Sequence record: PV158447.1 | DNA length: 64,000 bases | Strand: one strand, 5' to 3' | Part shown: one piece after another, positions 1 to 9,163 of the stretch | How the letters are laid out: each line of letters begins with the position of its first letter | How positions within the stretch are numbered: position 1 is the first letter of the stretch | Notes under the pieces: generated by a model | Told to the model about the DNA's origin: nothing | The model's database searches: none | The model's input: the letters and a program-made list of their open reading frames with translations, nothing else | Made by a program: the position numbers and the translations under genes

Positions 1-701
1 TCGTGGGAAATCGAAAAATTTACAAACTCCTCGGATTACTAGCCGGTGATGGTTCCATTTCCGTTAAGCACAAGAGGGTTGAAATGAATTGTCATTCATA
101 TAAGACCCCCTGGGAAATGGCTGCCATGCTGGACTGTTTAGAAAACTTATTTGACGAGTCAGAATACACATTACGTGACATGGGTCACGAAATGGTACGC
201 TGGGGATTTAAATCTAAAGCCAGTGAGTACATACTTTCATTTTTTGATACGGACTACAATAAAGATAGAAAAGGTCCGTTTATCAAAAAGATAAAACCAT
301 CCGTACTCTCTCAAATGGGTTTCTTGGAGGCAAAAGAACTACTCGATGGTTATATGTGTTCTGATGGTCATAGGTCGAATATAAACAACACTAGATCGTT
401 CCGTAATACTAGAAAAGAGATTATTGATGATTTCATGTTTACCGCCGTCATGGCTGGGGAAAACCCTAGAGAAGTTACGGTCCAGAGACGAGAGGGAGGT
501 GTTCACACATTTCCTGGGGGAAGAGTTTGTAACATAAAACCTATACACACGGTCTATCTCAGGATGTATGATAAAACATCCTGTATGAAGGCGCAGTTGA
601 AAGTAACCAAAAATACCGACAAGATAACAGTTTGGTGCCCCACCACTAAGAACAGCACTTGGGTAGCTAGACGGAATGGAACAGTCTACATAACCGGAAA
701 T
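1..701 (+). mobile_element. Intein (C-terminal portion) with LAGLIDADG homing endonuclease, inserted in the transglycosylase
   Basis: LLGLLAGDGS and ELLDGYMCSDG motifs; block F/G VWCPTTKNSTWVARRNGTVYITGN, followed by Cys+1 (TGT 702-704). The N-terminal splice site lies outside the window. Confidence 0.88.
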
Positions 702-1058
702 TGTGGTCTGATACAGTTCATGCCAAAGACAACGATGCCGGATCTTGGTGTGACTGACGATCAGCTCAAAGTGATGTCAGTTTATGACCAGCTGGACTGG
801 GTCTTCAAATACTTTGAAAAGTACGGGTACATTAAGAAGTGTGCTCGACTGGAAGATTATTACCTTTCTATTTTCTATCCTGCCCATGTAGGGAAAGATC
901 CGAACCTTGTCGTAGGGAAAGAAGGAACCAAGTTGTATAACCAGAATTCCGGTTTCGATTCCGAGAAGAAAGGTTATTACACTGTTGGTGATATCGGTGC
1001 TGCGGTAAGTTCTTTCTACTGGGAAGGGATGGCTCCAGAAAAACGTTTAGTCAAATAA
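3..1058 (+). CDS. Lytic transglycosylase/lysozyme-like (SLT-type) protein, 5'-truncated by the window, interrupted by an intein
   Basis: The C-terminal part CGLIQFMPKT..LG...QLDWVFKYF...LEDYYLSIFYPAHVGK...YNQNSGFD matches phage SLT/muramidase motifs. It is preceded by LAGLIDADG motifs and intein terminal blocks. The GTG at 3 is not the true start. Confidence 0.8.
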   Translation: MGNRKIYKLLGLLAGDGSISVKHKRVEMNCHSYKTPWEMAAMLDCLENLFDESEYTLRDMGHEMVRWGFKSKASEYILSFFDTDYNKDRKGPFIKKIKPSVLSQMGFLEAKELLDGYMCSDGHRSNINNTRSFRNTRKEIIDDFMFTAVMAGENPREVTVQRREGGVHTFPGGRVCNIKPIHTVYLRMYDKTSCMKAQLKVTKNTDKITVWCPTTKNSTWVARRNGTVYITGNCGLIQFMPKTTMPDLGVTDDQLKVMSVYDQLDWVFKYFEKYGYIKKCARLEDYYLSIFYPAHVGKDPNLVVGKEGTKLYNQNSGFDSEKKGYYTVGDIGAAVSSFYWEGMAPEKRLVK

Positions 1059-1064
1059 GGCATT

Positions 1065-1235
1065 ATGACAATGGACCAAGAAGTTGCTAACATCATCACT
1101 GTTTCCAATATGTATGAAGTGGTCAGTATGACACTGAAGAAAGTTGGTTACGAATTCCAAGCCCCACTCACTGACGCCGAAGAGCAAGAAGTGATCTCTC
1201 GCAAAATCAACGAATGTGTTCTGGGGGATAAATAA
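1065..1235 (+). CDS. Small hypothetical protein (56 aa, MTMDQEVANII...VLGDK)
   Basis: Fills the gap between adjacent genes; AAGG RBS; TAATG stop/start overlap with the next gene. Below the ORF-track cutoff. Confidence 0.7.
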   Translation: MTMDQEVANIITVSNMYEVVSMTLKKVGYEFQAPLTDAEEQEVISRKINECVLGDK

Positions 1236-2743
1236 TGATTCGTCAAAGTACTGTACTGGTAGCAACTCCGATTGCTGCTGAACTCTCTCAGAAGAACGTC
1301 GATCTGTCTGAACGAGTAGGACCTATCGTACAAGGTCTGAACGAAACCACTGCTGCGATTGTCGGTTTTAACATGGATAACGTGGCTGTCGATCTTCCTG
1401 ACTACACTGGTGCTGTTTCCGAACACACTGAAGTGATCGGTCCGGTTACCGACAAACTGGCAGAAGTGATTCGTGGTGCTCTGTACACCATCAGTCATTT
1501 CGTTAAACCGATCTGTGTCCGAGCTGACGAGTTGGTGAAACAACAGGCAGGCAACACCGATCCCATTGACGTTGTTTTCGGTTATCTGGATGTTCGTCAG
1601 GTCAATCTGGAACCCGAGTTCCTGACGTCTCCGTTCTGTCCGTCTGAAGTTCCTGCTGCGCTGCAAGAAGTTCCTCGGGTAAAATTGGATCTGTTGCTGA
1701 AGGGGAGCTATCCTCAGTTGTCCGGTGACGAAGTTCGGGACATGGTATATGTGGATATCCCCACGTTGTACACTTTCACCGATAATCCGGAAGAACTTGG
1801 TCGAATCTACCGACAGGTGTTTGTTGAAAACAACTGGTGGGAACTGTTCGATTACAAAGCCATTGATCAAGGTATCGTCGATACCGCGTCCAATGATAAC
1901 GTGATGAACTTTAACAAGTTCCGTCCTCTGGTTATCGCTAACCTGATCATCAACCGCTTGTGTGCGATGGAAGGTCCTCTGGAAGGTGTCACTGGTGTTT
2001 CTCTGGTTGAGTATCGTAACTCCCTGGAACTCACTCGGAACGTCCTTACAGCGATTCTGGCACGTTTCCGTAACATCTGGATTCAGAAAGCAGCAGCCGG
2101 GGTGGTTATTCTGGATGAACAAGTGAAATACGAACGTGCCAAGTACGGGGTGGTAGAAGGTATGGACGTTCTCACTGGCTCAGTTTCGGTTGGTTATAAC
2201 GATGCCGCACTGACCATGTTCGCTAACGATATGGACACCTCCATTTCTGAATTGGTGATTGGGCAGCTGTATGCTCGTCAACGCGGAATTGTTATCCGTG
2301 ACGTTCTGACTGACTTTGAAATTCTGAAAGAGAATTACAAGACTTACGTGGAACTTGTTTACGCGAAAATGTGTACTCAGTTCAACAAGATTGGTCAGGA
2401 AGCGTTCACTTCTGCTGTTCAAGAACTTTCTGTCACTGACAAGTTTGAACCACTGATCTGTGCCCTGCCTGGTGACCGAGGTCCTCGGGTGAAACTGATG
2501 GACATTCTCTCTTCTCGTGTTGAGCTGGGACATTCGTTCCTGAACGTTGAACAGATTGCTGAAGGGAAATGTTCCTTCATGCAAACTGGGTTGGCAATTG
2601 AACTAGCCAAGATCTTCCAAAGCGAAATCGCTGCTGAGATCATTGCTGCTAGTGTTCATGCCAAACCTGGCCCGGTGGAGCATCAACGTAAAGAACTCTG
2701 TGGTGCTCTTGTTACCGCTATTCTGAAACGGTTGGTTAAATGA
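1235..2743 (+). CDS. Putative virion (head) structural protein, phiKZ-like conserved
   Basis: 502-aa ORF with high-expression codon usage, in the operon upstream of the vRNAP subunit and prohead protease (SPN3US gp243-like position). Confidence 0.55.
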   Translation: MIRQSTVLVATPIAAELSQKNVDLSERVGPIVQGLNETTAAIVGFNMDNVAVDLPDYTGAVSEHTEVIGPVTDKLAEVIRGALYTISHFVKPICVRADELVKQQAGNTDPIDVVFGYLDVRQVNLEPEFLTSPFCPSEVPAALQEVPRVKLDLLLKGSYPQLSGDEVRDMVYVDIPTLYTFTDNPEELGRIYRQVFVENNWWELFDYKAIDQGIVDTASNDNVMNFNKFRPLVIANLIINRLCAMEGPLEGVTGVSLVEYRNSLELTRNVLTAILARFRNIWIQKAAAGVVILDEQVKYERAKYGVVEGMDVLTGSVSVGYNDAALTMFANDMDTSISELVIGQLYARQRGIVIRDVLTDFEILKENYKTYVELVYAKMCTQFNKIGQEAFTSAVQELSVTDKFEPLICALPGDRGPRVKLMDILSSRVELGHSFLNVEQIAEGKCSFMQTGLAIELAKIFQSEIAAEIIAASVHAKPGPVEHQRKELCGALVTAILKRLVK

Positions 2744-3492
2744 TCGATGTTTCTAAGATGAACCATAACGTAAGGCGGATTAAATCCGCCTTACAAACTC
2801 TGCCTGACGGTAAAGTCATTGCAAAAGAAAAGCTGAAAGCATATATTCCCAAGCAGTTTGAGAAAAGCAGACTTGCTGAAATCTATGATTATGTTTCTAC
2901 CATCATGATGGTAGGACTGGTCATCGGGAATGATTACTGTGTTTTGGCTGGACTGACACATATTGTACTTCGTCCTGGTGAGATTTATGAAGAGTCTATT
3001 GATGGTGATCGTTATTACGTCATGGACTTCGAACCGGGTGATGTGGTGATCGATAGTTTAACTGTTCCTCAGGACAACAACATCGGCTACTATCATTACT
3101 TGGAATTCACCAAGTATGGACGACGTCCTTGGTATCTTTCTCCGGAGATTGTATTAGCTTGTTTTGATGAATCCAAATACTACACCGGGAAAGGGACTGG
3201 GGGGAGTCCTCAGGCTATCCGGGTTCTTTACGCTCTGGTTCAGCGTGATCCTAAAGACCTCGGCATTCCATTCCGTTATAGTCCTTATATGAAGGATCCT
3301 AACGTGAAGCCCGTCGTCATCGGTATCAACAACCCAGGTGCACTTCTGAACAGTACCTTCTCTCGACTCACCTCGGGTTACATGGCAGACAACATCGTAG
3401 CGGGTATCCTCAACCCCGATACGAAAGTCACTGTGTTGGAAGAAGTTATCAGAGGTCTCCCTGAACAATTAGGAGATGGAAGTAATGTCTAA
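2740..3492 (+). CDS. Virion RNA polymerase beta' C-terminal subunit (split multisubunit RNAP)
   Basis: C-terminus VVIGINNPGALLNSTFSRLTSGYMADNIVAGILNP...LEEVIRG aligns by eye with the RpoC C-terminal [21 protein letters not shown]...LKENVIVG. Position just before the protease matches SPN3US gp244. Confidence 0.65.
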   Translation: MIDVSKMNHNVRRIKSALQTLPDGKVIAKEKLKAYIPKQFEKSRLAEIYDYVSTIMMVGLVIGNDYCVLAGLTHIVLRPGEIYEESIDGDRYYVMDFEPGDVVIDSLTVPQDNNIGYYHYLEFTKYGRRPWYLSPEIVLACFDESKYYTGKGTGGSPQAIRVLYALVQRDPKDLGIPFRYSPYMKDPNVKPVVIGINNPGALLNSTFSRLTSGYMADNIVAGILNPDTKVTVLEEVIRGLPEQLGDGSNV

Positions 3493-4339
3493 CGTATTAA
3501 GTTTGGGGAACGTCATTCTTGCAGGGTCTGGTAAGAAAGGAATCCTAAAGCCGAATGGGGAAGGGGTTTACCGTCTCAATGCAGGTGGGTTCAATATCCC
3601 TAACTCTTCAGGCATTGGTTACCCAATGAACGATTACTTGATAGAACAAGTCGACAAAAACAGTGACTTGAACCGTCGGGTGAAATTGGGTTACTGCAAG
3701 ATGGAAGTGGAACATCCCCAACCCTTCGTCTATGTGGAAGAGAATGGTGTTCGGTATCGCAAACCGATCACTGATGTCATTGAGTGGATCACTCGCCTCC
3801 GTAGTTATGACCCTACTCAAATCTGTGGTCTGATTAGTCAGATCGATTGGGAGTTTGAAAACCCCAACGATATGTCTAAACCAGTCTACACGTTTATCCA
3901 CTGTGAAGCGTTCGGCCCGCGCGGTCCTGAGTTTGCTGAATCACTTTCCAATCCTCGTCATAACACGGCAGTATCCATCCGTACTCAGATCTCTCCGTGG
4001 CAACCAGGTCAGCTCCAACGCAATATCGAATACTGGACTGGTTTCGATTGGGTGAGTGAACCTGGAATGGTCCATGCCAACAAACACATGACAGCTGGTT
4101 GTGAATCTTTCCTCAGTGATCTCTCCATTGGGAGTAACGTTCAGAAGTTCAACGTAGGTGTTGTTCTGGAACGTTTGGATGATGCTATTAAAACCTCAGC
4201 AAACGACGCTGAAGCGCTTGCAAGGGTTGGTGGTATGGAAGCCCTGGATGACTTTACTAAGATCCTCACGGAGCTTAAGAAGGGTTATAAACGTGGTGAC
4301 ACGATTCGTGCTGCGGTAAGTATGACCGATGTATTCTAA
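3485..4339 (+). CDS. Prohead protease (phiKZ gp175 / SPN3US gp245 family)
   Basis: EVEHP (His), AVSIRT (Ser) and GFDWVSEPG (Asp) motifs; C-terminal CES/MEA autocleavage-like sites. ATG 3485 has better RBS spacing than 3476. Confidence 0.85.
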   Translation: MSNVLSLGNVILAGSGKKGILKPNGEGVYRLNAGGFNIPNSSGIGYPMNDYLIEQVDKNSDLNRRVKLGYCKMEVEHPQPFVYVEENGVRYRKPITDVIEWITRLRSYDPTQICGLISQIDWEFENPNDMSKPVYTFIHCEAFGPRGPEFAESLSNPRHNTAVSIRTQISPWQPGQLQRNIEYWTGFDWVSEPGMVHANKHMTAGCESFLSDLSIGSNVQKFNVGVVLERLDDAIKTSANDAEALARVGGMEALDDFTKILTELKKGYKRGDTIRAAVSMTDVF

Positions 4340-4350
4340 ATGACAAGATA

Positions 4351-4381
4351 CTAACTCTTCAGGGAACACCTGAAGAGTTAG
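4351..4381 (+). terminator. Intrinsic terminator
   Basis: CTAACTCTTCAGG-GAACA-CCTGAAGAGTTAG followed by a T-rich tract. Confidence 0.8.
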
Positions 4382-4462
4382 GTCTTTTATGTTTTGTTAC
4401 TCTTTTTGATATTTATTGCTAGTTAACATTTTATCTATTTTTTAATCAGTGGAGAAATTCAA

Positions 4463-4972
4463 ATGTCCGATTACAACAAACTTCGTCAAGCTACTCAAGC
4501 TGTTTCTTTTGCCAAACATGCTGCTACCATGGTAGTGATCGAAAAAGAAATGGAACACGTCTGGGACTCTCTGAAAGTCGATGGGCGTGAGATCATGGTG
4601 GAAGATCTGGTCACTCGTCGTAAAGCACAGTGCGTCCAGCTGTTTGCTCGCAAACTGATGCAGTTCGTTTCCTCATTCAAGAACTTCGATATGTCCTCTG
4701 TCAGCAAGGAAGACATCACTATCGGTAACTGGCGTGTGGACTGTCTGATTGTTCAGATCGCTTCTAACAAAATCGAATCCTGCAAACACCTCACCAAACT
4801 GATGATGATCAACATTTACGGGATTCCTTCCGTGATGTTTGATTATATCGAAGACGGTTTCAAAGGCAAGGAACTGAATAAGTATTTGTCTGAAACGTAT
4901 CTGATTCAAGAGTTGGAAATTGGTGATGAAGATCTGGCCGATGAAGAGACATTGATGAAGCTTCTCTTCTAA
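4463..4972 (+). CDS. Hypothetical protein (169 aa)
   Basis: GGAG RBS, high-expression codon usage. Confidence 0.75.
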   Translation: MSDYNKLRQATQAVSFAKHAATMVVIEKEMEHVWDSLKVDGREIMVEDLVTRRKAQCVQLFARKLMQFVSSFKNFDMSSVSKEDITIGNWRVDCLIVQIASNKIESCKHLTKLMMINIYGIPSVMFDYIEDGFKGKELNKYLSETYLIQELEIGDEDLADEETLMKLLF

Positions 4973-4989
4973 TATCTAATTAATATGTC

Positions 4990-5022
4990 TCTATATTTTT
5001 TCAGACATATATAATTAACGTG
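4990..5022 (+). promoter_or_regulatory. Putative early (vRNAP) promoter
   Basis: TCTATATTTTTTCAGACATATATAATTAACGTG, identical to 56661-56693; resembles the phiKZ early TATATTAC-type motif. Confidence 0.7.
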
Positions 5023-5115
5023 AGCAAAGTCTCAGGGGAACCAACAGGTCATCCTCTTCTTCAGTCTGTACTGATTCGGTACAGGCTTACTAGATTCTCC
5101 AATGGAGTTTATAAA

Positions 5116-5898
5116 ATGTCCAAATACACTGTTATCTGTTCCAATCCGATTGTAATTGCTAAACTGAATGACGAAAAGACCCTTCTGGAACTTCAAGGTG
5201 TTTCTTCCGAAGGGAAACTCAGGAAACTCAGAATGGAGAACTCCACGGCCAGGATATTTCTCGATGTTCTTGGAAAGTGCCTTGAAAAGATAGAACAACG
5301 CGTTAGTTTCCACAAGGAGCTGATGAAGCTCTCTCCCTCTTTGGGATTTGACGGGATATTGTTTCTCCGCAATTTAATATTCCCTGGTCGTGATAATTCT
5401 AATGAAGTGGAAACCGCCAATTCAGTTTACGGCGCAGTCACCAATTTCATTTCAATGGATCCTGATTTGGGGCGAGTTGAGAAACACGATTCATTGTCCT
5501 ATATCAAGATCTTTGATGGAAGCAGCGACGAACCTTTGGTGCTTTATTTTGTTCGGAAAGAGAAAGATATCGAGCGAGTAAAATCGATGACTTTGCTTAA
5601 TCGGACTGGGTCAGTATCTATTCCTCTGAAAGATGACGGGGTGGATATGAGTGAATTGTTCGATTCTATCAGACACTCCGCTGATGGTTATTGTTTTGCT
5701 GGACTCTCTTCACTATCGGGAGGAGTTCCGTATAGTAGCTATTTCCATCATAGTCTCTCTTATTCAGACGCCAAGGGTACTACTCTGTTCAAGCTTATTA
5801 AAAGTACGAAGTGTTTTACTGACGATATTTCTTTCTTTCCGTCCAATGAACTCGCTGAGTTTCTGGAATGTTGTTACAGTGATATCAAGAAGTTGTAA
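5116..5898 (+). CDS. Hypothetical early protein
   Basis: ORF 5020-5898; the GTG at 5020 overlaps the promoter, while ATG 5116 follows GGAG. Confidence 0.7.
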   Translation: MSKYTVICSNPIVIAKLNDEKTLLELQGVSSEGKLRKLRMENSTARIFLDVLGKCLEKIEQRVSFHKELMKLSPSLGFDGILFLRNLIFPGRDNSNEVETANSVYGAVTNFISMDPDLGRVEKHDSLSYIKIFDGSSDEPLVLYFVRKEKDIERVKSMTLLNRTGSVSIPLKDDGVDMSELFDSIRHSADGYCFAGLSSLSGGVPYSSYFHHSLSYSDAKGTTLFKLIKSTKCFTDDISFFPSNELAEFLECCYSDIKKL

Positions 5899-5987
5899 GT
5901 TTACTGGGAACTAATATTTTTTTAGTTCCCGATCCTTCCCGTGCTAAATGTAGTACGGGCCTTTAAAATGCTTAGGAGCATTAAGAA

Positions 5988-6842
5988 ATGTTGAAAGCTA
6001 CTCTGATTAATTCCCAACCCAATGTCGTTGTTGGTATACGCTATACTGTTGGTGAAGATCTGTTGATTCTTCACATTCCGTCCAACACAGGTTGTTTGAA
6101 AGTCCTGACTTTCACTCAGAAAGAAGCTATGGATTTTCTTCCCTTCCTGATTCAGGCAAGAAATGAAACGGTCGAATATAAAGACATTGGGAAAGGAACG
6201 TATGGGAACGAGAAAGCAACGATAATCTGGCGAGGTCCTTGGCTCAACATTCGTCAGTCAAAACCGATGATCCAACACGGACTTCTCAATGCAGTCTATT
6301 CCGTTCCGAACCCCACTTTTCACAACACTGTCCTTTCTGATCTTGTCGAGGTGTTCTCTTTGTACCTGAGAGGGAGTCATGATTTCTCTTCCTTCTCGAA
6401 AGAAACGGAAAGAGAAAAGATCGCGGTATTCCATGAAAAGGCTGAAAGTGATCAACACCCCAAAGTCTGGACTGAGGAGGGCATTGTTGCAACATTTCTC
6501 ATGTTCAAGGGAAAACGGGAATATGTCAGCTTAGGGCTTTCAACGCGACAAGGACAGGTCTCGTTTACCTTCTGTCCGGAGTTCCAGTTGAGGGAATTAG
6601 AAACAGCTTTGGACCGCGCATTAACTGGAGAAACATTCGTCACTACGGAGACTGGTAAGAATGGCTGCGCTCGTTCTTGTTTCATCTACCACTCCATTAA
6701 TCAAAACGGGAACGGTAATAACGTTCTCCGTATCACTCATTCGGTGCGCACTCACGGTACTTCGATCGGAATAATCGTCACTCCGGAAAGTGTGAAGTTT
6801 TTGAAAGGTGTCATCCAGAAAGCGCGTGAAATGTATTCTTAA
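5988..6842 (+). CDS. Hypothetical protein (284 aa)
   Basis: AGGAG RBS; ends at a terminator. Confidence 0.75.
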   Translation: MLKATLINSQPNVVVGIRYTVGEDLLILHIPSNTGCLKVLTFTQKEAMDFLPFLIQARNETVEYKDIGKGTYGNEKATIIWRGPWLNIRQSKPMIQHGLLNAVYSVPNPTFHNTVLSDLVEVFSLYLRGSHDFSSFSKETEREKIAVFHEKAESDQHPKVWTEEGIVATFLMFKGKREYVSLGLSTRQGQVSFTFCPEFQLRELETALDRALTGETFVTTETGKNGCARSCFIYHSINQNGNGNNVLRITHSVRTHGTSIGIIVTPESVKFLKGVIQKAREMYS

Positions 6843-6853
6843 ATTAATGATTT

Positions 6854-6882
6854 AGAGAAGGGCCTTTTAAAGGCCCTTCTCT
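6854..6882 (+). terminator. Intrinsic terminator
   Basis: AGAGAAGGGCCT/AGGCCCTTCTCT stem followed by T-rich sequence. Confidence 0.8.
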
Positions 6883-6901
6883 TTCTATTAATTTTTGTTG
6901 T

Positions 6902-6934
6902 TCTATATTTTTTCAAACCTATATTACCAAGGTG
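6902..6934 (+). promoter_or_regulatory. Putative early promoter
   Basis: TCTATATTTTTTCAAACCTATATTACCAAGGTG, containing TATATTAC. Confidence 0.7.
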
Positions 6935-6983
6935 TATGAAGAAGAAATCAATTTAGGTATTAATAACCATAAAGGACAGTTTC

Positions 6984-7730
6984 ATGAAATCTGAAATCGA
7001 TGATCAATTCCCTTTGACTACCAGCATCGCAGGGTTGTGTTATTTCTCACGGATGAACGGAATGGAAGTTCTTTGTTCCATTGTTCCTCCCGAAGATATT
7101 TTCCCAGGGCTAGATCTTGCGCAGGAACTTGACCTCACCTTCTACCCCGATCGCGTGGCGCCGATTACACCGTTGTGCTCTACTCGACCTGTCGGGATCT
7201 TCGACACCGAGGCAAATGAAGTTGTGGCGTTTGCCATGAACTTCGATCCTGAAGACATTTATGACAAGTATCGGATCATCCCGTTCCACACTCCTGAACC
7301 AACTCTCAGCATGGAACATGCCGACACATACATGTTCTGTAACTTTCGTAAACCGGAAACATTACTGGCCGAAGCGAAAGAAGATCCTAGTCCACTTTCA
7401 ACTCTACTGGATGAGGTTGTCAAAATGCCGTTCGAAGAAGAGGTTGAGCTCTTTGTATTTGATCGTTGCGTTGGAGGTACTGCAAGGGTCAAAAATGGAC
7501 GGATGATCTCGTACAAGTTCAAAGTTTACAACATGCTGGGCTCAAGCGCCGTCAGCGGTATGATCGACGACACGTCCTTCCAAATCACGATTCCCAATAA
7601 TCAAATGGGAAAATATAGAATCTTCATAGCTCCGACACAAGGGATCTTTGATATCGATAATTTTCATCGTGAACAAGCTGCCGAAATCGGTGACAAAATC
7701 TGGAAACAACTTACTGAACTTCCGTTCTAA
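6984..7730 (+). CDS. Hypothetical early protein (248 aa)
   Basis: AAGGA RBS, downstream of the early promoter. Confidence 0.75.
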   Translation: MKSEIDDQFPLTTSIAGLCYFSRMNGMEVLCSIVPPEDIFPGLDLAQELDLTFYPDRVAPITPLCSTRPVGIFDTEANEVVAFAMNFDPEDIYDKYRIIPFHTPEPTLSMEHADTYMFCNFRKPETLLAEAKEDPSPLSTLLDEVVKMPFEEEVELFVFDRCVGGTARVKNGRMISYKFKVYNMLGSSAVSGMIDDTSFQITIPNNQMGKYRIFIAPTQGIFDIDNFHREQAAEIGDKIWKQLTELPF

Positions 7731-7785
7731 ATAACAACTCTCGTAATTAACTGTTAATCAATCCCCACTAAAAGGAAATATCGTA

Positions 7786-8226
7786 ATGTCCAAGTTCAAT
7801 ACTCAAATGTCTGATGCCATCGCTGCCCTGGTTGGTTCTTCCACCACCCACAAAGAAACCGGGACCATCACTTTCACTGTTCCGGAGAACTTCTATCCGG
7901 AAGGCATCACCTCTGAGTCGCTCTCTCAACACGTTGATTTCATCAACAGTTCTTCCGTTGCAGTAGAGGCAGCCGTATCTCAACTGGCTGCTGAAAGCTA
8001 TCCTGACTCCAAGAAAACTCACTGGGACGGTGAACTCCAGCTGACCGAAAACGTCAAACTGAGCGCAGGTATCCAACTGCAAGAGAAACTGGAAGATCAA
8101 GATCCGATGTTCGGTATCACCGAATGTTTCGTTGACTACAACTACAGCGACGATCTGAACAACTGGTACGCCGATTTTGCTGAAACCAATAAAGCCCGAG
8201 CTGCCGCTCTGTTCGCCGAGGAGTAA
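7786..8226 (+). CDS. Acidic hypothetical protein (146 aa), probably abundant
   Basis: AAGGA RBS, strong high-expression codon bias, own terminator at 8234-8260. Confidence 0.8.
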   Translation: MSKFNTQMSDAIAALVGSSTTHKETGTITFTVPENFYPEGITSESLSQHVDFINSSSVAVEAAVSQLAAESYPDSKKTHWDGELQLTENVKLSAGIQLQEKLEDQDPMFGITECFVDYNYSDDLNNWYADFAETNKARAAALFAEE

Positions 8227-8233
8227 TCGGTTC

Positions 8234-8260
8234 ACTCCCCTTGGCCAGTCCAAGGGGAGT
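8234..8260 (+). terminator. Stem-loop / terminator
   Basis: ACTCCCCTTGG-CCAGT-CCAAGGGGAGT. Confidence 0.7.
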
Positions 8261-8262
8261 TC

Positions 8263-8604
8263 ATGCTCTATCTTTATTTTATTATGGGGAAATTCATGCG
8301 ACGTAATCTCCAACATATTTTTACTAAGTTTCTCTATCAGGATGACGTGGCAGACTACGTGCTTCGGAGAGAGCGAATACTTCGTGACTTTGTCAGGATA
8401 TACAACCTCTACGCTAAGGGAATGAAAGTCAGTACTCGTCGAGGTTCTGTTGTAAAAGTAACACCACTCACTCCTGATCGTTTGGAATTCAGAACTAAAA
8501 GTGGGTTCTTGATGAGGATTGATAAATCTGACATTCCAACTTTCCGTATGTGGTTAATCTCTGAAGGAGTAAGCAGTCTTGAACTATTTAGCCAAACTAA
8601 ATAA
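8263..8604 (+). CDS. Hypothetical protein
   Basis: ORF in a co-oriented run; exact start uncertain. Confidence 0.6.
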   Translation: MLYLYFIMGKFMRRNLQHIFTKFLYQDDVADYVLRRERILRDFVRIYNLYAKGMKVSTRRGSVVKVTPLTPDRLEFRTKSGFLMRIDKSDIPTFRMWLISEGVSSLELFSQTK

Positions 8605-9163
8605 GCGAATATTTCTGAAACCGTCTCCTGATTTGATGGCGATGTCCTTTGAATACAACCTCTGGACCTATCACCGTCCCCCAAGACCAGGAAGGGCGAG
8701 TACCGAAGAGGAACTTTCTAAACTCTTTGTCTCGCATCACGGGCAGCTAGATATTTTTCTTCGGGGTGGGATCATCACTCTTCATTTTAATGATCTGGTT
8801 AAACCTCACGAATCTCTTCCTGACATGATTAAGAAAATGAACGTGATTCTAGACGTCATTAAACGAGCAAAGACAGCCCTTGCTCGTAAAGATAAACGTT
8901 ACATTGATAAGCGTTTCCTAAATGACATTGAAGGAATCTCCGACATCTACACCAGCACCATTGCGGTAACTATTTCCGATACTCATGGAACCACGTTTGA
9001 GATTAGTTCTTGTGACCGGAAAGGAAGGGTTACACTTTATGGTAAAGAACGGGAGAAGTTCTTCAAGGAGTTTGAAAACTTTATCTCTTGGATAGTAGAA
9101 AGTCTAGAGGATGTTTCCGCTAAGCACCTTAACACACTGAAAGAAATTTCGGAGCAAGTATGA
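8579..9163 (+). CDS. Hypothetical protein (194 aa)
   Basis: AAGGAG RBS; overlaps neighbours as expected for translational coupling. Confidence 0.7.
   Translation: MNYLAKLNKRIFLKPSPDLMAMSFEYNLWTYHRPPRPGRASTEEELSKLFVSHHGQLDIFLRGGIITLHFNDLVKPHESLPDMIKKMNVILDVIKRAKTALARKDKRYIDKRFLNDIEGISDIYTSTIAVTISDTHGTTFEISSCDRKGRVTLYGKEREKFFKEFENFISWIVESLEDVSAKHLNTLKEISEQV

Noticed and set aside
1148-2584. Minus-strand ORFs (324 and 134 aa) over the 502-aa gene; similar ones at 7768-8316, 10768-11406, 22562-23527, 28187-28969 and 45614-48466
   Set aside because: Fully overlap better-supported opposite-strand genes.
5020-5115. GTG start extension of the 292-aa ORF (likewise 32017 and the TTG at 53244)
   Set aside because: These overlap promoter motifs or lack an RBS; downstream ATGs have clear SD sequences.
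5988-6842. Possible PC4/Whirly-like tandem ssDNA-binding repeats in this and the 8579 ORF
   Set aside because: Only a vague beta-beta-beta-alpha pattern seen by eye; not supportable without a profile search.
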